Below are positions 42,101 to 56,800 of a stretch of DNA of 64,000 bases, one piece after another. Where the stretch lies: NCBI GenBank assembly GCA_964016885.1, contig OZ024741.1, positions 340,628,001-340,692,000 of the forward strand. Reading direction: 5' to 3'. Every line of letters starts with the position of its first letter. Within the stretch, counting starts at the first letter, position 1. This DNA is from Eledone cirrhosa (taxonomy: Eukaryota). The position numbers were made by a program, and so were the translations under genes. The notes under the pieces are model-generated. The model saw nothing but the letters and a program-made list of their open reading frames with translations, searched no databases and had not been told where the DNA came from.

Positions 42101-45100
42101 CACACCTCAGCCTCGCTATCACCTACAGTAATGCTGTGAGTATCTTGACTGTTCCACACCTCAGCCTCGCTATCACCCACAGTAATACTGTGAGGGTCTT
42201 GACTGTTCCACACCTCAGCCTCGCTATCACCCACAGTAATGCTGTGAGTATCTTGACTGTTCCACACCTCAGCCTCTCTATCACCTACAGTAATGTTGAG
42301 AGGGTCTTGACTGTTCCACACCTCAGCCTCGCTATCACCCACAGTAATGTTGTGAGGGTCTTGACTGTTCCACACCTCAGCCTCTCTATCACCTACAGTA
42401 ATGTTGTGAGGGTCTTGACTGTTCCACACCTCAGCCTCGCTATCACCCACAGTAATGTTGTGAGGGTCTTGACTGTTCCACACCTCAGCCTCTCTATCAC
42501 CTACAGTAATGTTGTGAGGGTCTTGACTGTTCCACACCTCAGCCTCGCTATCACCCACAGTAATGTTGTGAGGGTCTTGACTGTTCCACACCTCAGCCTC
42601 TCTATCACCTACAGTAATGTTGTGAGGGTCTTGACTGTTCCACACCTCAGCCTCGCTATCACCCACAGTAATGTTGTGAGGGTCTTGACTGTTCCACACC
42701 TCAGCCTCTCTATCACCTACAGTAATGCTGTGAGTATCTTGACTGTTCCACACCTCAGCCTCTCTATCACCTACAGTAATGTTGTGAGGGTCTTGACTGT
42801 TCCACACCTCAGCCTCGCTATCACCCACAGTAATGCTGTGAGTATCTTGACTGTTCCACACCTCAGCCTCTCTATCACCTACAGTAATGTTGTGAGGGTC
42901 TTGACTGTTCCACACCTCAGCCTCGCTATCACCTACAGTAATGTTGTGAGGCTCTTGACTGTTCCACACCTCAGCCTCGCTATCACCCACAGTAATACTG
43001 TGAGGGTCTTGACTGTTCCACACCTCAGCCTCGCTATCACCCACAGTAATGCTGTGAGTCTCTTGACTGTTCCACACCTCAGCCTCGCTATCACCTACAG
43101 TAATGTTGTGAGGCTCTTGACTGTTCCACACCTCAGCCTCGCTATCACCCACAGTAATACTGTGAGGGTCTTGACTGTTCCACACCTCAGCCTCTCTATC
43201 ACCTACAGTAATGCTGTGAGTATCTTGACTGTTCCACACCTCAGCCTCGCTATCACCTACAGTAATGTTGTGAGTATCTTGACTGTTCCACACCTCAGCC
43301 TTGCTATCACCTACAGTAATGCTGTGAGTATCTTGACTGTTCCACACCTCAGCCTCTCTATCACCTACAGTAATGCTGTGAGTATCTTGACTGTTCCACA
43401 CCTCAGCCTCGCTATCACCTACAGTAATACTGTGAGTATCTTGACTGTTCCACACCTCAGCCTCGCTATCACCTACAGTAATGCTGTGAGGGTCTTGACT
43501 GTTCCACACCTCAGCCTCTCTATCACCTACAGTAATGTTGTGAGGGTCTTGACTGTTCCACACCTCAGCCTCGCTATCACCTACATTAATGTTGTGAGGC
43601 TCTTGACTGTTCCACACCTCAGCCTCGCTATCACCCACAGTAATGCTGTGAGTATCTTGACTGTTCCACACCTCAGCCTCGCTATCACCTACAGTAATGT
43701 TGTGAGGGTCTTGACTGTTCCACACCTCAGCCTCGCTATCACCTACAGTAATACTGTGAGGGTCTTGACTGTTCCACACCTCAGCCTCGCTATCACCTAC
43801 AGTAATACTGTGAGTATCTTGACTGTTCCACACCTCAGCCTCGCTATCACCTACAGTAATGTTGTGAGGGTCTTGACTGTTCCACACCTCAGCCTCTCTA
43901 TCACCTACAGTAATACTGTGAGGGTCTTGACTGTTCCACACCTCAGCCTCGCTATCACCCACAGTAATGCTGTGAGTATCTTGACTGTTCCACACCTCAG
44001 CTTCGCTATCACCTACAGTAATGTTGTGAGGGTCTTGACTGTTCCACACCTCAGCCTCGCTATCACCTACAGTAATGTTGTGAGGCTCTTGACTGTTCCA
44101 CACCTCAGCCTCGCTATCACCAACAGTAATACTGTGAGGGTCTTGACTGTTCCACACCTCAGCCTCGCTATCACCTACAGTAATGCTGTGAGTATCTTGA
44201 CTGTTCCACACCTCAGCCTCTCTATCACCTACAGTAATGCTGTGAGTATTTTGACTGTTCCACACCTCAGCCTCTCTATCACCTACAGTAATGCTGTGAG
44301 TATCTTGACTGTTCCACACCTCAGCCTCGCTATCACCTACAGTAATGCTGTGAGTATCTTGACTGTTCCACACCTCAGCCTCGCTATCACCTACAGTAAT
44401 ACTGTGAGTATCTTGACTGTTCCACACCTCAGCCTCGCTATCACCTACAGTAATGCTGTGAGGGTCTTGACTGTTCCACACCTCAGCCTCGCTATCACCT
44501 ACAGTAATGCTGTGAGTGTCTTGACTGTTCCACACCTCAGCCTCGCTATCACCTACAGTAATGCTGTGAGGGTCTTGACTGTTCCACACCTCAGCCTCTC
44601 TATCACCTACAGTAATGCTGTGAGTATCTTGACTGTTCCACACCTCAGCCTCGCTATCACCTACAGTAATGCTGTGAGTATCTTGACTGTTCCACACCTC
44701 AGCCTCGCTATCACCTACAGTAATGCTGTGAGTATCTTGACTGTTCCACACCTCAGCCTCGCTATCACCCACAGTAATGCTGTGAGTATCTTGACTGTTC
44801 CACACCTCAGCCTCGCTATCACCTACAGTAATGTTGTGAGGGTCTTGACTGTTCCACACCTCAGCCTCGCTATCACCTACAGTAATGTTGTGAGGGTCTT
44901 GACTGTTCCACACCTCAGCCTCGCTATCACCTACAGTAATGTTGTGAGGGTCTTGACTGTTCCACACCTCAGCCTCGCTATCACCCACAGTAATGCTGTG
45001 AGTATCTTGACTGTTCCACACCTCAGCCTCTCTATCACCTACAGTAATGCTGTGAGTATCTTGACTGTTCCACACCTCAGACTCGCTATCACCTACAGTA

Positions 45101-46800
45101 ATGCTGTGAGTATCTTGACTGTTCCACACCTCAGACTCGCTATCACCTACAGTAATGTTGTGAGTATCTTGACTGTTCCACACCTCAGCCTCGCTATCAC
45201 CTACAGTAATACTGTGAGTATCTTGACTGTTCCACACCTCAGCCTCTCTATCACCTACAGTAATGCTGGGAGTATCTTGACTGTTCCACACCTCAGACTC
45301 GCTATCACCTACAGTAATGCTGTGAGTATCTTGACTGTTCCACACCTCAGACTCGCTATCACCTACAGTAATGTTGTGAGTATCTTGACTGTTCCACACC
45401 TCAGCCTCGCTATCACCCACAGTAATGCTGTGAGTATCTTGACTGTTCCACACCTCAGCCTCGCTATCACCTACAGTAATGCTGTGAGTATCTTGACTGT
45501 TCCACACTTCAGTCTCGCTATCACCTACAGTAATGCTGTGAGTATCTTGACTGTTCCACACCTCAGCCTCTCTATCACCTACAGTAATGTTGTGAGGGTC
45601 TTGACTGTTCCACACCTCAGCCTCGCTATCACCCACAGTAATGCTGTGAGTATCTTGACTGTTCCACACCTCAGCCTCTCTATCATCTACAGTAATGCTG
45701 TGAGTATCTTGACTGTTCCACACCTCAGCCTCTCTATCATCTACAGTAATGTTGTGAGGGTCTTGACTGTTCCACACCTCAGCCTCGCTATCACCTACAG
45801 TAATGTTGTGCATATCTTGACTGTTCCACACCTCAGCCTCTCTATCATCTACAGTAATGTTGCGAGGGTCTTGACTGTTCCACACCTCAGCCTCGCTATT
45901 ACCCACAGTAATACTGTGAGGGTCTGGACTGTTCCACACCTCAGCCTCTCTATCACCTACAGTAATGCTGTGAGTATCTTGACTGTTCCACACCTCAGCC
46001 TCGCTATCACCTACAGTAATGCTGTGAGTATCTTGACTGTTCCACACCTCAGCCTCTCTATCACCTACAGTAATGCTGTGAGTATCTTGACTGTTCCACA
46101 CCTCAGCCTCTCTATCACCTACAGTAATGCTGTGAGTATCTTGACTGTTCCACACCTCAGCCTCTCTATCACCCACAGTAATGCTGTGAGTATCTTGACT
46201 GTTCCACACCTCAGCCTCTCTATCACCTACAGTAATGCTGTGAGTATCTTGACTGTTCCACACCTCAGCCTCGCTATCACCTACAGTAATCCTGTGAGTA
46301 TCTTGACTGTTCCACACCTCAGCCTCGCTATCACCTACAGTAATGCTGTGAGGGTCTTGACTGTTCCACACCTCAGCCTCTCTATCACCCACAGTAATGC
46401 TGTGAGTATCTTGACTGTTCCACACCTCAGCCTCGTTATCACCTACAGTAATGCTGTGAGTATCTTGACTGTTCCACACCTCAGCCTCTCTATCACCTAC
46501 AGTAATGCTGTGAGTACCTTGACTGTTCCACACCTCAGCCTCGCTATCACCTACAGTAATGCTGTGAGTATCTTGACTGTTCCACACCTCAGCCTCGCTA
46601 TCACCCACAGTAATGCTGTGAGTATCTTGACTGTTCCACACCTCAGCCTCGCTATCACCTACAGTAATGCTGTGAGTATCTTGACTGTTCTACACCTCAG
46701 CCTCTCTATCACCTACAGTAATGCTGTGAGTATCTTGACTGTTCTACACCTCAGCCTCTCTATCACCTACAGTAATGCTGTGAGTATCTTGACTGTTCCA
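24200..46800. repeat. Higher-order repeat of about 7.7 kb (about 143 monomers): two near-full copies 15,010 bp apart flanking two internally deleted copies (3348 and 3941 bp)
   Basis: The GTGCATATC marker (its first C) is at 30855, 34203, 38144 and 45811. The AATTTTGTG marker is at 24421, 32142, about 35490 and 39431. 7721+3348+3941 = 15010. The ORFs starting at 25245 and 40255 match in translation for about 2100 aa apart from a few substitutions and a one-monomer difference. Confidence 0.92.
25224..31685 (-). other. Repeat-derived antisense open frame, (EAEVWNSQDTHSITVGDS)n; probably non-coding. Representative of all - strand ORFs
   Basis: Its codons are the exact reverse complements of the + frame codons. 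Elsewhere this frame is broken repeatedly by TGG>TAG/TGA and CAA>TAA variants that were copied along with the higher-order blocks. Confidence refers to the non-coding call. Confidence 0.85.
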
Positions 46801-49800
46801 CACCTCAGCCTCTCTATCACCTACAGTAATGCTGTGAGTATCTTGACTGTTCTACACCTCAGCCTCTCTATCACCTACAGTAATGCTGTGAGTATCTTGA
46901 CTGTTCCACACCTCAGCCTCGCTATCACCTACAGTAATGCTGTGAGTATCTTGACTGTTCCACACCTCAGCCTCTCTATCACCTACAGTAATGCTGTGAG
47001 TATCTTGACTGTTCCACACCTCAGCCTCTCTATCACCTACAGTAATGCTGTGAGTATCTTGACTGTTCCACACCTCAGCCTCGCTATCACCTACAGTAAT
47101 GCTGTGAGTATCTTGACTGTTCCACACCTCAGCCTCGCTATCACCTACAGTAATGCTGTGAGGGTCTTGACTGTTCCACACCTCAGCCTCTCTATCACCC
47201 ACAGTAATGCTGTGAGGGTCTTGACTGTTCCACACCTCAGCCTCTCTATCACCTACAGTAATGCTGTGAGGGTCTTGACTGTTCTTCACCTCAGCCTCTC
47301 TATCACCTACAGTAATGTTGTGAGGGTCTTGACTGTTCCACACCTCTGCCTCGCTATCACCTACAGCAATGCTGTGAGTATCTTGACTGTTCCACACCTC
47401 AGCCTCTCTATCACCCACAGTAATGCTGTGAGTATCTTGACTGTTCCACACCTCAGTCTCTCTATCACCTACAGTAATGCTGTGAGTACCTTGACTGTTC
47501 CACACCTCAGCCTCTCTATCACCTACAGTAATGCTGTGAGTATCTTGACTGTTCCACACCTCAGTCTCTCTATCACCTACAGAACTGCTGTGAGGGTCTT
47601 GACTGTTCCACACCTCAGCCTCTCTATCACCTTCAGTAATGCTGTGAGTATCTTGACTGTTCCACACCTCAGCCTCTCTATCACCTACAGTAATGCTGTG
47701 AGTATCTTGACTGTTCCACACCTCAGCCTCGCTATCACCTACAGTAATGCTGTGAGTATCTTGACTGTTCCACACCTCAGCCTCGCTATCACCTACATTA
47801 ATGCTGTGCGTACCTTGACTGTTCCACACCTCAGCCTCGCTATCACCTACAGTAATGCTGTGAGGGTCTTGACTGTTCCACACCTCAGCCTCGCTATCAC
47901 CTACAGTAATGCTGTGAGTATCTTGACTGTTCCACACCTCAGCCTCGCTATCACCTACAGTAATTCTGTGAGTATCTTGACTGTTCCACACCTCAGCCTC
48001 GCTATCACCTACAGTAATGTTGTGAGTATCTTGACTGTTCCACACCTCAGCCTCGCTATCACCTACAGTAATGCTGTGAGTATCTTGACTGTTCCACACC
48101 TCAGACTCGCTATCACCTACAGTAATTCTGTGAGTATCTTGACTGTTCCACACCTCAGCCTCGCTATCACCTACAGTAATGCTGTGAGTATCTTGACTGT
48201 TCCACACCTCAGACTCGCTATCACCTACAGTAATTCTGTGAGGATCTTGACTGTTCCACACCTCAGCCTCGCTATCACCTACAGTAATGCTGTGAGTATC
48301 TTGACTGTTCCACACCTCAGCCTCGCTATCACCTACAGTAATTCTGTGAGTATCTTGACTGTTCCACACCTCAGCCTCGCTATCACCTACAGTAATGTTG
48401 TGAGTATCTTGACTGTTCCACACCTCAGCCTCGCTATCACCTACAGTAATGCTGTGAGTATCTTGACTGTTCCACACCTCAGACTCGCTATCACCTACAG
48501 TAATTCTGTGAGTATCTTGACTGTTCCACACCTCAGCCTCGCTATCACCTACAGTAATTCTGTGAGTATCTTGACTGTTCCACACCTCAGCCTCGCTATC
48601 ACCTACAGTAATTCTGTGAGTATCTTGACTGTTCCACACCTCAGCCTCGCTATCACCTACAGTAATGCTGTGAGTATCTTGACTGTTCCACACCTCAGCC
48701 TCGCTATCACCTACAGTAATTCTGTGAGTATCTTGACTGTTCCACACCTCAGCCTCGCTATCACCTACAGTAATGTTGTGAGTATCTTGACTGTTCCACA
48801 CCTCAGCCTCGCTATCACCTACAGTAATGCTGTGAGTATCTTGACTGTTCCACACCTCAGACTCGCTATCACCTTCAGTAATTCTGTGAGTATCTTGACT
48901 GTTCCACACCTCAGCCTCGCTATCACCTACAGTAATGATGTGAGGGTCTTGACTGTTTCACACCTCAGCCTCGCTATCACCTACAGTAATGCTGTGAGTA
49001 TCTTGACTGTTCCACACCTCAGCCTCGCTATCACCTACAGTAATGCTGTGAGTATCTTGACTGTTCCACACCTCAGCCTCGCTATCACCTACAGTAATGC
49101 TGTGAGTATCTTGACTGTTCCACACCTCAGTCTCTCTATCACCTACAGAATTGCTGTGAGGGTCTTGACTGTTCCACACCTCAGCCTCGCTATCACCTAC
49201 AGTAATGCTGTGAGTATCTTGACTGTTCCACACTTCAGCCTCGCTATCACCTACAGTAATGCTGTGAGTATCTTGACTGTTCCACACCTCAGCCTCTCTA
49301 TCACCTACAGAACTGCTGTGAGGGTCTTGACTGTTCCACACCTCAGCCTCTCTATCACCTACAGTAATGCTGTGAGTATCTTGACTGTTCCACACCTCAG
49401 CCTCTCTATCACCTACAGTAATGCTGTGAGTATCTTGACTGTTCTACACCTCAGCCTCTCTATCACCTACAGTAATGCTGTGAGTATCTTGACTGTTCCA
49501 CACCTCAGCCTCGCTATCACCTACAGTAATGCTGTGAGTATCTTGACTGTTCCACACCTCAGCCTCGCTATCACCTACAGTAATGCTGTGAGTATCTTGA
49601 CTGTTCCACACCTCAGCCTCGCTATCACCTACAGTAATGCTGTGAGTATCTTGACTGTTCCACACCTCAGCCTCTCTATCACCTACAGTAATGCTGTGAG
49701 TATCTTGACTGTTCCACACCTCAGCCTCGCTATCACCTACAGTAATGCTGTGAGTATCTTGACTGTTCCACACCTCAGCCTCTCTATCACCTACAGTAAT

Positions 49801-52800
49801 GCTGTGAGTATCTTGACTGTTCCACACCTCAGCCTCGCTATCACCTACAGTAATGCTGTGAGTATCTTGACTGTTCCACACCTCAGCCTCGCTATCACCT
49901 ACAGTAATGCTGTGAGTATCTTGACTGTTCCACACCTCAGCCTCGCTATCACCTACAGTAATACTGTGAGGGTCTTGACTGTTCCACACCTCAGCCTCTC
50001 TATCACCTACAGTAATGCTGTGAGTATCTTGACTGTTCCACACCTCAGCCTCGCTGTCACCTACAGTAATGCTGTGAGGGTCTTGACTGTTCCACACCTC
50101 AGCCTCTCTATCACCTACAGTAATGCTGTGAGTATCTTGACTGTTCCACACCTCAGCCTCGCTATCACCTACGATAATGCTGTGAGTATCTTGACTGTTC
50201 CACACCTCAGCCTCGCTATCACCTACGATAATGCTGTGAGTATCTTGACTGTTCCACACCTCAGCCTCGCTATCACCTACAGTAATACTGTGAGGGTCTT
50301 GACTGTTCCACACCTCAGCCTCTCTATCACCTACAGTAATGCTGTGAGTATCTTGACTGTTCCACACCTCAGCCTCGCTATCACCTACAGTAATGCTGTG
50401 AGGGTCTTGACTGTTCCACACCTCAGCCTCTCTATCACCTACAGTAATGCTGTGAGTATCTTGACTGTTCCACACCTCAGCCTCTCTATCACCTACAGTA
50501 ATGTTGTGAGTATCTTGACTGTTCCACACCTCAGCCTCTCTATCACCTACAGTAATGCTGTGAGTATCTTGACTGTTCTACACCTCAGCCTCTCTATCAC
50601 CTACAGTAATGCTGTGAGTATCTTGACTGTTCCACACCTCAGCCTCGCTATCACCTACAGTAATGCTGTGAGTATCTTGACTGTTCCACACCTCAGCCTC
50701 GCTATCACCTACATTAATGCTGTGAGGGTCTTGACTGTTCCACACCTCAGCCTCTCTATCACCCACAGTAATGCTGTGAGGGTCTTGACTGTTCCACACC
50801 TCAGCCTCTCTATCACCTACAGTAATGCTGTGAGGGTCTTGACTGTTCCACACCTCAGCCTCTCTATCACCTACAGTAATGTTGTGAGGGTCTTGACTGT
50901 TCCACACCTCAGCCTCGCTATCACCTACAGTAATGCTGTGAGTATCTTGACTGTTCCACACCTCAGCCTCTCTATCACCCACAGTAATGCTGTGAGTATC
51001 TTGACTGTTCCACACCTCAGTCTCTCTATCACCTACAGTAATGCTGTGAGTACCTTGACTGTTCCACACCTCAGCCTCTCTATCACCTACAGTAATGCTG
51101 TGAGTATCTTGACTGTTCCACAGCTCAGTCTCTCTATCACCTACAGAACTGCTGTGAGGGTCTTGACTGTTCCACACCTCAGCCTCTCTATCACCTACAG
51201 TAATGCTGTGAGTATCTTGACTGTTCCACACCTCAGCCTCTCTATCACCTACAGTAATGCTGTGAGTATCTTGACTGTTCTACACCTCAGCCTCTCTATC
51301 ACCTACAGTAATGCTGTGAGTATCTTGACTGTTCCACACCTCAGCCTCTCTATCACCTACAGTAATGCTGTGAGTATCTTGACTGTTCCACACCTCAGCC
51401 TCTCTATCACCTACAGTAATGCTGTGAGTATCTTGACTGTTCCACACCTCAGCCTCGCTATCACCTACAGTAATGCTGTGAGTATCTTGACTGTTCCACA
51501 CCTCAGCCTCGCTATCACCTACAGTAATGCTGTGCGTACCTTGACTGTTCCACACCTCAGCCTCGCTATCACCTACAGTAATGCTGTGAGGGTCTTGACT
51601 GTTCCACACCTCAGCCTCGCTATCACCTACAGTAATGCTGTGAGTATCTTGACTGTTCCACACCTCAGCCTCGCTATCACCTACAGTAATTCTGTGAGTA
51701 TCTTGACTGTTCCACACCTCAGCCTCGCTATCACCTACAGTAATGTTGTGAGTATCTTGACTGTTCCACACCTCAGCCTCGCTGTCACCTACAGTAATGC
51801 TGTGAGTATCTTGACTGTTCCACACCTCAGACTCGCTATCACCTACAGTAATTCTGTGAGTATCTTGACTGTTCCACACCTCAGCCTCGCTATCACCTAC
51901 AGTAATTCTGTGAGTATCTTGACTGTTCCACACCTCAGACTCGCTATCACCTACAGTAATTCTGTGAGTATCTTGACTGTTCCACACCTCAGCCTCGCTA
52001 TCACCTACAGTAATTCTGTGAGTATCTTGACTGTTCCACACCTCAGCCTCGCTATCACCTACAGTAATTCTGTGAGTATCTTGACTGTTCCACACCTCAG
52101 CCTCGCTATCACCTACAGTAATGCTGTGAGTATCTTGACTGTTCCACACCTCAGCCTCGCTATCACCTACAGTAATTCTGTGAGTATCTTGACTGTTCCA
52201 CACCTCAGCCTCGCTATCACCTACAGTAATGTTGTGAGTATCTTGACTGTTCCACACCTCAGCCTCGCTATCACCTACAGTAATGCTGTGAGTATCTTGA
52301 CTGTTCCACACCTCAGACTCGCTATCACCTACAGTAATTCTGTGAGTATCTTGACTGTTCCACACCTCAGCCTCGCTATCACCTACAGTAATGCTGTGAG
52401 TATCTTGACTGTTCCACACCTCAGTCTCTCTATCACCTACAGAATTGCTGTGAGGGTCTTGACTGTTCGACACCTCAGCCTCGCTATCACCTACAGTAAT
52501 GCTGTGAGTATCTTGACTGTTCCACACCTCAGCCTCGCTATCACCTACAGTAATGCTGTGAGTATCTTGACTGTTCCACACCTCAGCCTCTCTATCACCT
52601 ACAGAACTGCTGTGAGGGTCTTGACTGTTCCACACCTCAGCCTCTCTATCACCTACAGTAATGCTGTGAGTATCTTGACTGTTCCACACCTCAGCCTCTC
52701 TATCACCTACAGTAATGCTGTGAGTATCTTGACTGTTCTACACCTCAGTCTCTCTATCACCTACAGAACTGCTGTGAGGGTCTTGACTGTTCCACACCTC

Positions 52801-53800
52801 AGCCTCTCTATCACCTACAGTAATGCTGTGAGTATCTTGACTGTTCCACACCTCAGCCTCGCTATCACCTACAGTAATGCTGTGAGTATCTTGACTGTTC
52901 CACACCTCAGCCTCTCTATCACCTACAGTAATGCTGTGAGTATCTTGACTGTTCCACACCTCAGCCTCGCTATCACCTACAGTAATGCTGTGAGTATCTT
53001 GACTGTTCCACACCTCAGCCTCTCTATCACCTACAGTAATGCTGTGAGTATCTTGACTGTTCCACACCTCAGCCTCGCTATCACCTACAGTAATGCTGTG
53101 AGTATCTTGACTGTTCCACACCTCAGCCTCGCTATCACCTACAGTAATGCTGTGAGTATCTTGACTGTTCCACACCTCAGCCTCGCTATCACCTACAGTA
53201 ATACTGTGAGGGTCTTGACTGTTCCACACCTCAGCCTCTCTATCACCTACAGTAATGCTGTGAGTATCTTGACTGTTCCACACCTCAGCCTCGCTATCAC
53301 CTACAGTAATTCTGTGAGGGTCTTGACTGTTCCACACCTCAGCCTCTCTATCACCTACAGTAATGCTGTGAGTATCTTGACTGTTCCACACCTCAGCCTC
53401 GCTATCACCTACGATAATGCTGTGAGTATCTTGACTGTTCCACACCTCAGCCTCGCTATCACCTACGATAATGCTGTGAGTATCTTGACTGTTCCACACC
53501 TCAGCCTCGCTATCACCTACGATAATGCTGTGAGTATCTTGACTGTTCCACACCTCAGCCTCGCTATCACCTACAGTAATACTGTGAGGGTCTTGACTGT
53601 TCCACACCTCAGCCTCTCTATCACCTACAGTAATGCTGTGAGTATCTTGACTGTTCCACACCTCAGCCTCGCTATCACCTACAGTAATGCTGTGAGGGTC
53701 TTGACTGTTCCACACCTCAGCCTCTCTATCACCTACAGTAATGCTGTGAGTATCTTGACTGTTCCACACCTCAACCTCTCTATCACCTACAGTAATGTTG
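46800..53800. repeat. Diverged two-copy higher-order repeat (offset 3.3-3.7 kb, 61-69 monomers)
   Basis: GTGCGTACC (its first C) is at 47809 and 51535 (3726 bp). AGAATTGCT is near 49147 and at 52441 (3294 bp). Both copies have an AATTCT-rich cluster and a run of consecutive TACGAT monomers. Confidence 0.8.
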
Positions 53801-56800
53801 TGAGTATCTTGACTGTTCCACACCTCAGCCTCTCTATCACCTACAGTAATTCTGTGAGTATCTTGACTGTTCCACACCTCAGCCTCGCTATCACCTACGA
53901 TAATGCTGTGAGTATCTTGACTGTTCCACACCTCAGCCTCGCTATCACCTACGATAATGCTGTGAGTATCTTGACTGTTCCACACCTCAGCCTCGCTATC
54001 ACCTACAGTAATGCTGTGAGTATCTTGACTGTTCCACACCTCAGGCTCGCTATCACCCACAGTAATGCTGTGAGTATCTTGACTGTTCCACACCTCAGCC
54101 TCTCTATCACCTACAGTAATGCTGTGAGTATCTTGACTGTTCCACACCTCAGCCTTGCTATCACCTACAGTAATGCTGTGAGTATCTTGACTGTTCCACA
54201 CCTCAGCCTCTCTATCACCTACAGTAATGCTGTGAGTATCTTGACTGTTCCACACCTCAGCCTCGCTATCACCTACAGTAATGCTGTGAGTATCTTGACT
54301 GTTCCACACCTCAGCCTCGCTATCACCTACAGTAATGCAGTGAGTATCTTGACTGTTCCACACCTCAGCCTCTCTATCACCTACAGAACTGCTGTGAGGG
54401 TTTGACTGTTCACCACCTCAGCCTCTCTATCACCTACAGTAATGTTGTGAGTATCTTGACTGTTCCACACCTCAGCCTCTCTATCACCTACAGTAATACT
54501 GTGAGTATCTTGACTGTTCCAAACCTCAGCCTCGCTATCACCTACAGTAATACTGTGAGTATCTTGACTGTTCCAAACCTCAGCCTCGCTATCACCTACA
54601 GTAATGCTGTGAGTATCTTGACTGTTCCACACCTCAGCCTCGCTATCACCTACGATAATGCTGTGAGTATCTTGAGTGTTCCACACCTCAGCCTCGCTAT
54701 CACCTACAGTAATGCAGTGAGTATCTTGACTGTTCCACACCTCAGCCTCTCTATCACCTACAGAACTGCTGTGAGGGTTTGACTGTTCCACACCTCAGCC
54801 TCTCTATCACCTAGAGTAATGTTGTGAGTATCTTGACTGTTCCACACCTCAGCCTCTCTATCACCTACAGTAATACTGTGAGTATCTTGACTGTTCCAAA
54901 CCTCAGCCTCGCTATCACCCACAGTAATGCTGTGAGTATCTTGACTGTTCCAAACCTCAGCCTCTCTATCACCTACAGTAATGTTGTGAGTATCTTGACT
55001 GTTCCACACCTCAGCCTCTCTATCACCTACAGTAATACTGTGAGTATCTTGACTGTTCCAAACCTCAGCCTCGCTATCACCTACAGTAATACTATGAGTA
55101 TCTTGACTGTTCCAAACCTCAGCCTCGCTATCACCTACAGTAATGCTGTGAGTATCTTGACTGTTCCACACCTCAGCCTCGCTATCACCTACGATAATGC
55201 TGTGAGTATCTTGACTGTTCCACAACTCAGCCTCTCTATCACCAACAGTAATGCTGTGAGTATCTTGACTGTTCCACACCTCAGCCTCGCTATCACCTAC
55301 AGTAATGCTGTGAGGGTCTTGACTGTTCCACACCTCAGCCTCGCTATCTCCCACAGTAATGTTGTGAGTATCTTGACCGTTCCACACCTCAGCCTCTCTA
55401 TCACCTACAGTAATGTTGTGAGGGTCTTGACTGTTCCACACCTCAGCCTCGCTATCTCCCACAGTAATGCTGTGAGTATCTTGACTGTTCCAAACCTCAG
55501 CCTCGCTATCACCAACAGTAATGCTGTGAGTATCTTGACTGTTCCACACCTCAGCCTCGCTATCACCTACAGTAATGCTGTGAGTATCTTGACTGTTCCA
55601 CACCTCAGCCTGTCTATCACCTACAGTAATGCTGTGAGTATCTTGACTGTTCCACACCTCAGCCTCGCTATCACCTACAGTAATGCTGTGAGTATCTTGA
55701 CTGTTCCACACCTCAGCCTCTCTATCACCTACAGTAATGTTGTTAGGGTCTTGACTGTTCCACACCTCAGCCTCGCTATCACCTACAGTAATGCTGTGAG
55801 TATCTTGACTGTTCCACACCTCAGCCTCGCTATCACCTACAGTAATGTCGTGAGGGTCTTGACTGTTCCACACCTCAGCCTCTCTATCACCTACAGTAAT
55901 GTTGTGAGGGTCTTGACTGTTCCACACCTCAGTCTCGCTATCACATACAGTAATGCTGTGAGTATCTTGACTGTTCCACACCTCAGTCTCTCTATCACCT
56001 ACAGAATTGCTGTGAGGGTCTTGACTGTTCGACACCTCAGCCTCGCTATCACCTACAGTAATGCTGTGAGTATCTTGACTGTTCCACACCTCAGCCTCGC
56101 TATCACCTACAGTAATGCTGTGAGTATCTTGACTGTTCCACACCTCAGCCTCTCTATCACCTACAGAACTGCTGTGAGGGTCTTGACTGTTCCACACCTC
56201 AGCCTCTCTATCACCTACAGTAATGCTGTGAGTATCTTGACTGTTCCACACCTCAGCCTCTCTATCACCTACAGTAATGCTGTGAGTATCTTGACTGTTC
56301 CACACCTCAGCCTCGCTATCACCTACAGTAATGCTGTGAGTATCTTGACTGTTCCACACCTCAGCCTCGCTATCACCTACAGTAATGCTGTGAGTATCTT
56401 GACTGTTCCACACCTCAGCCTCGCTATCACCTACAGTAATGTCGTGAGGGTCTTGACTGTTCCACACCTCAGCTTCTCTATCACCTACAGTAATGTTGTG
56501 AGGGTCTTGACTGTTCCACACCTCAGTCTCGCTATCACATACAGTAATGCTGTGAGTATCTTGACTGTTCTACACCTCAGTCTCTCTATCACCTACAGAA
56601 CTGCTGTGAGGGTCTTGACTGTTCCACACCTCAGCCTCTCTATCACCTACAGTAATGCTGTGAGTATCTTGACTGTTCCACACCTCAGCCTCGCTATCAC
56701 CTACAGTAATGCTGTGAGTATCTTGACTGTTCCACACCTCAGCCTCTCTATCACCTACAGTAATGCTGTGAGTATCTTGACTGTTCCACACCTCAGCCTC

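Noticed and set aside
22-54405. Giant repeat-protein CDS (adhesin, mucin, ice-binding or beta-solenoid type) from the 1,000-5,900 aa ORFs
   Set aside because: No proper start, signal or anchor domain. Third codon positions are not more variable than first and second. Frameshifts and stops were amplified with the blocks. The 18-mer does not match ice-nucleation (AGYGST) or other repeats I recognise. Kept only as a testable low-probability finding.
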